Below, one piece after another: positions 59,345 to 64,000 of a stretch of DNA of 64,000 nt. Positions within the stretch are counted from its first letter, which is position 1. Each line of letters starts with the position of its first letter. The stretch is from an uncultured delta proteobacterium (GTDB lineage: Bacteria > Desulfobacterota > Binatia > Binatales > Binataceae): positions 576,001 through 640,000 of the forward strand of contig CAWCDG010000004.1 in the NCBI GenBank assembly GCA_963794325.1, in the 5' to 3' direction. The notes under the pieces are model-generated. The model had not been told where the DNA came from. It did not search any database and saw only the letters and a list, made by a program, of their open reading frames with translations. Both the position numbers and the translations under genes were made by a program.

Positions 59345-61633
59345 TCAATCAGCCGCGGCAGAATGTTTTGTCGAGTCGCGATGCTTCAGCATTTCCTTCA
59401 GCAGCTTCGGCGGCGACATCGGCGTCTCCGTCATCCTGACTCCAACGGCGCGATAGATAGCGTTGGCTACAGCGGCCACCGGCGGCACGATCGACACTTC
59501 ACCGACGCCGCGCACGCCCAGCGGATGGCCGGGGTTTGCTTCCTCGACGACTACCGTTTCGATCATCGGCAAGTCGAGGCAAGTGGGCATGCGGTAGTCG
59601 AGGAATCCGGAGTTACGCAGCGTGCCCTTGTCGTCGTAAAAATATTCTTCGTTGAGCGCCCATCCGAGTCCCTGTGCGGTGCCGCCCTGCATCTGTCCTT
59701 CGACGTAACTCGGATGAATCGCCTTGCCGGCATCCTGCGCGACGGTGCATCGCAGGATTTGCACCTTGCCGGTGTCGGGATCGACCTCGACGTCCACGCA
59801 GGTGGTCGCGAATCCGGGGCCGACGCCACGCGCATTCACGCTCGCGCGACCGGTGATCGGTCCTCCGGTGCGCGGGAAGCGGGGCGCGAGCTGCTTGATC
59901 GACATCGGCGGCACGCCGTTGCCTTTCGCGTGCAGCATGCCGTCGCGGAATTCCACTTCGTCGGGCTTCTTCTCCCAGACCTTTGCGGCGCGCTCGATTA
60001 GCTGGCGCTCGGCGTCCTTGGCGGCTTCGTACACCGCCATCCCAGTTGCAAAGGTGACGCGGCTGCCGCCGGTCACGTCGGTATGGCCGATCGAATCGGT
60101 GTCGGCGGTGATCGGACGCACGTCGGTGACGGCGAGTCCGAGGACTTCAGCGGTGATCATCGCCATCGAGGCGCGCGAGCCGCCGATATCCGGCGAGCCG
60201 GTGACGACGCTGGCGGTTCCGTCGGCGTGGATATTCACCGTCGCAGAGGATTGCATCCCGGCATTGAACCAGAAGCCCGACGCGACGCCGCGGCCGCGGA
60301 ATTTGCCGGTCAGTTTCGATTTGTAATGAGGGCTGTTCTTGATTCCTTCGAGCGTCTGAATCAACCCGATGCGTTTGAACGGAGGACCGACGACCTGCGC
60401 GTCGCCTTCCTTGACGGCGTTCTTGAGACGGAAATCGATCGGATCGATTCCGCATTTCACGGCAAGCTCATCGATCACGGTTTCGGAGGCGAACGCGGCG
60501 TTGGTTGCGCCCGGTGCGCGATAGGCCGCGGTTTTGGGACGGTTGACGACGACGTCGTACGCGTCGATCAGGAAATTCTCGACAGTATATGGAGCAATGA
60601 TGCACATCGCGCCCGCGCCGACCGGCGATCCGGGAAACGCGCCCGCCTCGTACGCCATCCAGATTTCGGCGGCGACGATTTTGCCGTCCTTGGTCGCGCC
60701 CATCTTAACTTTGATCTTCGAGCCCGAGGTCGGGCCGCTGGCGCGGAGCACTTCCGATCGCGACATGACGAGCTTGACCGGCGCGCCGGTTTTCTTTGAC
60801 AGCAGGACAGAGAGCGGCTCGAGGTAGATGGTGGTCTTGCCGCCGAAGCCGCCGCCGATTTCAGCCGGCACGACTTTGATATGGCCGACCGGCATCCCGA
60901 GCACTTGCGCGCTGAGCGAGCGCACGTCGAAGGCGCCCTGCGTCGAGCAGTAAATCGTCGCCTGTCCGTCGGAGTTGTAGATGCCGACCGCGTTGTGCGG
61001 CTCGATATATCCCTGGTGGACCATCGCGGTGTTGAATTCGCGCTCGATCACGTAGTCGGCAGCCTTGAATCCCGCCTCGAGGTCACCGCGCTTGAACTGG
61101 TAATGCTGCGCGACGTTGGTCTGCTTGTCGCCCTCCTCCTTGTTGCGCAGATCCTTCAGCAGAATCGGCGCGCCCGGCCTGGTCGCGACGTCAACGGTCA
61201 TCACGGGCGGCAGCACCTCGTATTCGACTTCGATAAGGCGCAGCGCTTCTTCGGCGATATGCGGGCTGGTCGCGGCGACGGCTGCGATTGCATGGCCGTC
61301 GTAGAGGACCTTGTCGTGTGCGAGGATGTTCATCGAGAGATACATCGGGTTGATAACCATCTCGCCGGACTGCTCGAGCTTGTTCTCGGCCTTCGGCAGG
61401 TCCTTGCCGGTGACGATCGCCTTGACGCCGGGGAGCTTGAGCGCCTTGTCGATTTTGATCGATTTGATATTCGCGTGAGCGTGCGGGCTGCGCAGCACCT
61501 TGCCGTGCAGCATGCCGGGGAACGCGTAATCGGCGCCGTACTTGGCGCGGCCGGTCACTTTGTCGACGCCGTCGTGCCGGATCGGACGCGTGCCGATAAC
61601 TTTGAAATTGCCAGTCGTGGTTGATGCCGCCAT
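59345..61633 (-). CDS. Xanthine dehydrogenase family molybdopterin-binding subunit
   Basis: KVTGRAKY, LRSPHAHA, IGGGFGGK, AYRAPG, EGQMQGG, RGVGE. Confidence 0.93.
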   Translation of the reverse strand: MAASTTTGNFKVIGTRPIRHDGVDKVTGRAKYGADYAFPGMLHGKVLRSPHAHANIKSIKIDKALKLPGVKAIVTGKDLPKAENKLEQSGEMVINPMYLSMNILAHDKVLYDGHAIAAVAATSPHIAEEALRLIEVEYEVLPPVMTVDVATRPGAPILLKDLRNKEEGDKQTNVAQHYQFKRGDLEAGFKAADYVIEREFNTAMVHQGYIEPHNAVGIYNSDGQATIYCSTQGAFDVRSLSAQVLGMPVGHIKVVPAEIGGGFGGKTTIYLEPLSVLLSKKTGAPVKLVMSRSEVLRASGPTSGSKIKVKMGATKDGKIVAAEIWMAYEAGAFPGSPVGAGAMCIIAPYTVENFLIDAYDVVVNRPKTAAYRAPGATNAAFASETVIDELAVKCGIDPIDFRLKNAVKEGDAQVVGPPFKRIGLIQTLEGIKNSPHYKSKLTGKFRGRGVASGFWFNAGMQSSATVNIHADGTASVVTGSPDIGGSRASMAMITAEVLGLAVTDVRPITADTDSIGHTDVTGGSRVTFATGMAVYEAAKDAERQLIERAAKVWEKKPDEVEFRDGMLHAKGNGVPPMSIKQLAPRFPRTGGPITGRASVNARGVGPGFATTCVDVEVDPDTGKVQILRCTVAQDAGKAIHPSYVEGQMQGGTAQGLGWALNEEYFYDDKGTLRNSGFLDYRMPTCLDLPMIETVVVEEANPGHPLGVRGVGEVSIVPPVAAVANAIYRAVGVRMTETPMSPPKLLKEMLKHRDSTKHSAAAD

Positions 61634-61676
61634 GTCTTATTTCACCTCTCGAATCCCAGCGTCGTTGCTGTGCTCT

Positions 61677-62177
61677 CTAACGGGCGGCCGCTTTGCCTTC
61701 GCCCTGCGAGCGAATGTCCGCGGCGGCGTCGAGGACCGCTTTCACAATTTTGTCGTAGCCGGTGCATCGGCAAAGATTGCCGGCCAGCGCGTAGCGAACT
61801 TCGGGCTCGGTCGGCTTCGGATTTCGATCGAGCAGCGACTTGGCCGAGATCAAAAATCCGGGAGTGCAGATGCCGCATTGCAGGCTGGCATGCTCGAGAA
61901 ACTTGTTTTGCAAAACGCTGAGCACGCCCTGCGTGGCGAGTCCCTCGACGGTAACGATTTTTTTGCCCTGCGCCTCGACGCCAAGCATCAGGCACGAGTC
62001 GATCGCGCGCCCATCGACCATCACGGTGCATGCGCCGCAATCGCCAGTGAGGCATCCTTCCTTCGAGCCGGTGAGTTCGAGCACGTCGCGCAGGGTTTCG
62101 AGCAGGCTTTGTCGCGGCTCGCACAGGAACTCGACCGTTTCGCCGTTGATTGTCGCTTCTACCAAGGTCTTTTTCAT
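61677..62177 (-). CDS. (2Fe-2S)-binding subunit (CoxS/XdhC-like)
   Basis: GCLTGDCGACTV, QCGICTPG, GNLCRCTGY. Confidence 0.95.
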   Translation of the reverse strand: MKKTLVEATINGETVEFLCEPRQSLLETLRDVLELTGSKEGCLTGDCGACTVMVDGRAIDSCLMLGVEAQGKKIVTVEGLATQGVLSVLQNKFLEHASLQCGICTPGFLISAKSLLDRNPKPTEPEVRYALAGNLCRCTGYDKIVKAVLDAAADIRSQGEGKAAAR

Positions 62178-62200
62178 ATCTTTATGCCGTAATGTTTGAT

Positions 62201-63071
62201 TCAGCTTTTTTTCGCGCGTTCGGCGGCGATGACCAGCGCACGGCGGGTGAGCACGCCGGCCACGTGGACCCGAAAATCGATCGTCCCGCGCATGTCGTCG
62301 ATTGGCTTGCAGATCTCGCTCACCGCGCGTCCCGCAGCTTCGAGCGCCGCGTCGTCGAGTTTCTTGCCGACCAGCCCCTCGGCAGCCTTGCTCTCGAGCA
62401 GCGGCGTCGCCGCAACCGCGCCGAGCCCGATACGCGCCGCCTTCACTTTGTCGCCGTCGAGCGTGACCGACACGCCGACGCCGACCACTGCGATATCCAT
62501 CTCGTTGCGCGGGATAAATCGCAGATACGCGTCGCTCGAATGGGGCGCGGGGGCGGGAACTATCAATTCGACCAGCAACTCGCCGGGCTTCAGCACCGTG
62601 CGTCCAGGGGACACGACGAACGACTCGACCGGAACCTCTCGTTCACCAGCCGGGCCGACGATTCGGGCGCGCGCACCGAGCGCGATCAACGCGGGCGTCG
62701 TGTCGGCGGCGGGCGACCCGTTGCATAGATTGCCGCCGACCGAGGCGCGATTCTGAATCTGGAGCGATCCGATGAGATGCGCCGCCTCGGTCAGGCCTGG
62801 GTAATGACGGCGCATCACGTCGCTCTGCGCTAATCTCGATGCAGGGGACGGCCGCGCCGAGGCGCAATCCCTTTTTCGCATCGAAGGAGAGCGTCTGCAG
62901 CTCCTTGATTTTCTTGACGTCGACCAGATGTTCGGTGCGGCGAACTCCGGCGCGAAGCTGAATCAGGATGTCGGTGCCGCCGCATAGCGGGCGGGCATTC
63001 TCGCCGTGGGCTTTGAGGATGCTGACGGCCTGATCGAGCGTGCTAGGGGCTTCGTAATTAATGGCGTGCAA
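62201..63071 (-). pseudogene. FAD-binding subunit (CoxM-like), frameshifted near 62833 (probably an assembly indel)
   Basis: YEAP..LCGGTD N-terminus and IGSLQIQNRASVGGNLCNGSPAAD C-terminus in different frames; GGAGG RBS. Confidence 0.88.
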
Positions 63072-63167
63072 GTGTGGAAACCTCCGGTCGGGTCAAGATT
63101 ATACCCGCCTTTATTCCTTGGATAGCCTACTTGCCGCGCGCTGAAAAGGGGACGCAGATAGCGGGGG

Positions 63168-63476
63168 TCATGCCGCGCGCTTGCGCGGACGAACCTCGCG
63201 CTCGATTTTGGCCGCGAGTACATCTTTGGCTTTTTCGAGTTCGTAGTCGCTCTGCAGTCCGAGCCAGAATTCCGCTGATGTACCGAGATAGCGGGAGAGG
63301 CGAAGTGCGGTGTCCGCCGAGATGGCGCGCTCACCCTTGACGATTTCCGCAATCCGGTTGGCCGGCACGCGCAGGTCCATCGCAAGCCGATGGATGCTGA
63401 TACCGGTCGGGCGAATAAAGTCTTCGTGCAGTACCGCTCCGGGGTGAAGCGGTGGAAATTTCTTTCTGCGGGCCAT
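63168..63476 (-). CDS. higA: HigA family addiction module antitoxin (orphan)
   Basis: HPGAVLHEDF, RI.EIVKG.R.IS.DTALRL, FWLGLQ..Y.L. Confidence 0.92.
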   Translation of the reverse strand: MARRKKFPPLHPGAVLHEDFIRPTGISIHRLAMDLRVPANRIAEIVKGERAISADTALRLSRYLGTSAEFWLGLQSDYELEKAKDVLAAKIEREVRPRKRAA

Positions 63477-63503
63477 ATCTGCGTGCCTTAACGCGCTTCG
63501 CGC

Positions 63504-63726
63504 GAGATCCTTCGCTCCGCTCAGGATGACACAAAAACAAGACGAAGGATTGAGATACGCAAGTCGCTCTCAGAAGGAATTCGTGTCATCTGAGCGGAGC
63601 CGCCTTGTGTCATTCTGAGCGCAGCGAAGAATCCCGGATCTTTCTGGATGGCCGCCGATGCACCCCAACCACGGTACATGCGAGGCGCCTGGTGGGTGAT
63701 TCCGGGATTCTTCGCTGCGCTCAGAG
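63504..63726. repeat. Cluster of four TGTCAT(C/T)CTGAGCGNAGCGAAG(G/A)ATC-type REP copies
   Basis: Copies at ~63504-63531 (reverse), 63584-63600 (partial), 63608-63638, 63701-63726 (reverse); the last two form an inverted pair. Confidence 0.8.
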
Positions 63727-63792
63727 TTTGTGAGTGAGGAGGTGAAGCGCGGGGTCTGAAACCTCGCTCTTCGCCTTTGGAATTTTGGAGGG

Positions 63793-63827
63793 GGAGGTGG
63801 CGATGCGCATCGCGCATCGCCACCTCC
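63793..63827. terminator. Perfect 16-bp hairpin after the upstream minus-strand gene
   Basis: GGAGGTGGCGATGCGC-ATC-GCGCATCGCCACCTCC; no clear U-tract. Confidence 0.55.
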
Positions 63828-63834
63828 TTGGGGA

Positions 63835-64000
63835 TTAGTGGCCGGACTGGACCATCTTCTCGGGGGTGAAGAAGTTGCGGTCCACGGCGCCCATGTTGAC
63901 GAACAAGCTGTCGGTATGACTTGCCGGGCCCGGTGAATAGACCACGGTCGAAAAGCCGCTGGTTATATCTTCATCAACCAGCGCGGTTTCGAACATGCGT
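63835..64000 (-). CDS. C-terminal fragment of a hypothetical (possibly DUF1329-like) protein
   Basis: Manual translation ...RMFETALVDEDITSGFSTVVY...VNMGAVDRNFFTPEKMVQSGH*. Confidence 0.55.
   Translation of the reverse strand, partial: RMFETALVDEDITSGFSTVVYSPGPASHTDSLFVNMGAVDRNFFTPEKMVQSGH

Noticed and set aside
59345-63071. Aerobic CO dehydrogenase (coxMSL)
   Set aside because: Active-site loop is AYRAPG, not form I AYxCSFR or form II AYRGAGR, so only a generic xanthine dehydrogenase family call is supported
63504-63726. Repeat cluster as a CRISPR array
   Set aside because: Copies are in mixed orientation with irregular spacing and no cas genes; typical of REP elements

Overview
GC-rich bacterial chromosomal window, mostly housekeeping. 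Gene content (F420-type enzymes, xerC-hslVU-argBDFGH-lysA-dapFA cluster) fits a deltaproteobacteria-like lineage such as Ca. Binatota; that placement is inference only. It holds his/rib, arg/lys, glmU-glmS, Moco, ispH, pyrF, acyl-CoA and xanthine-dehydrogenase-family genes, two complete toxin-antitoxin pairs and an orphan HigA. Highlights not shown by the ORF track: (1) a ~3.2 kb compositionally foreign island after pyrF, bounded by ~93 bp direct repeats, encoding a calcineurin-like phosphoesterase interrupted by a duplicated membrane hairpin and ending in a GAF-like domain, plus a coupled 68-aa ORF; (2) a glmS ribozyme before glmS; (3) a stand-alone ~75 nt sRNA candidate with promoter, C-rich loop and terminator; (4) a 59-aa Cys/His microprotein inside the arg operon; (5) a duplicated sigma70-like promoter flanking an inserted PepSY gene. 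Four genes carry single frameshifts, most likely assembly indels. No tRNA, rRNA, CRISPR array or transposase was recognised.
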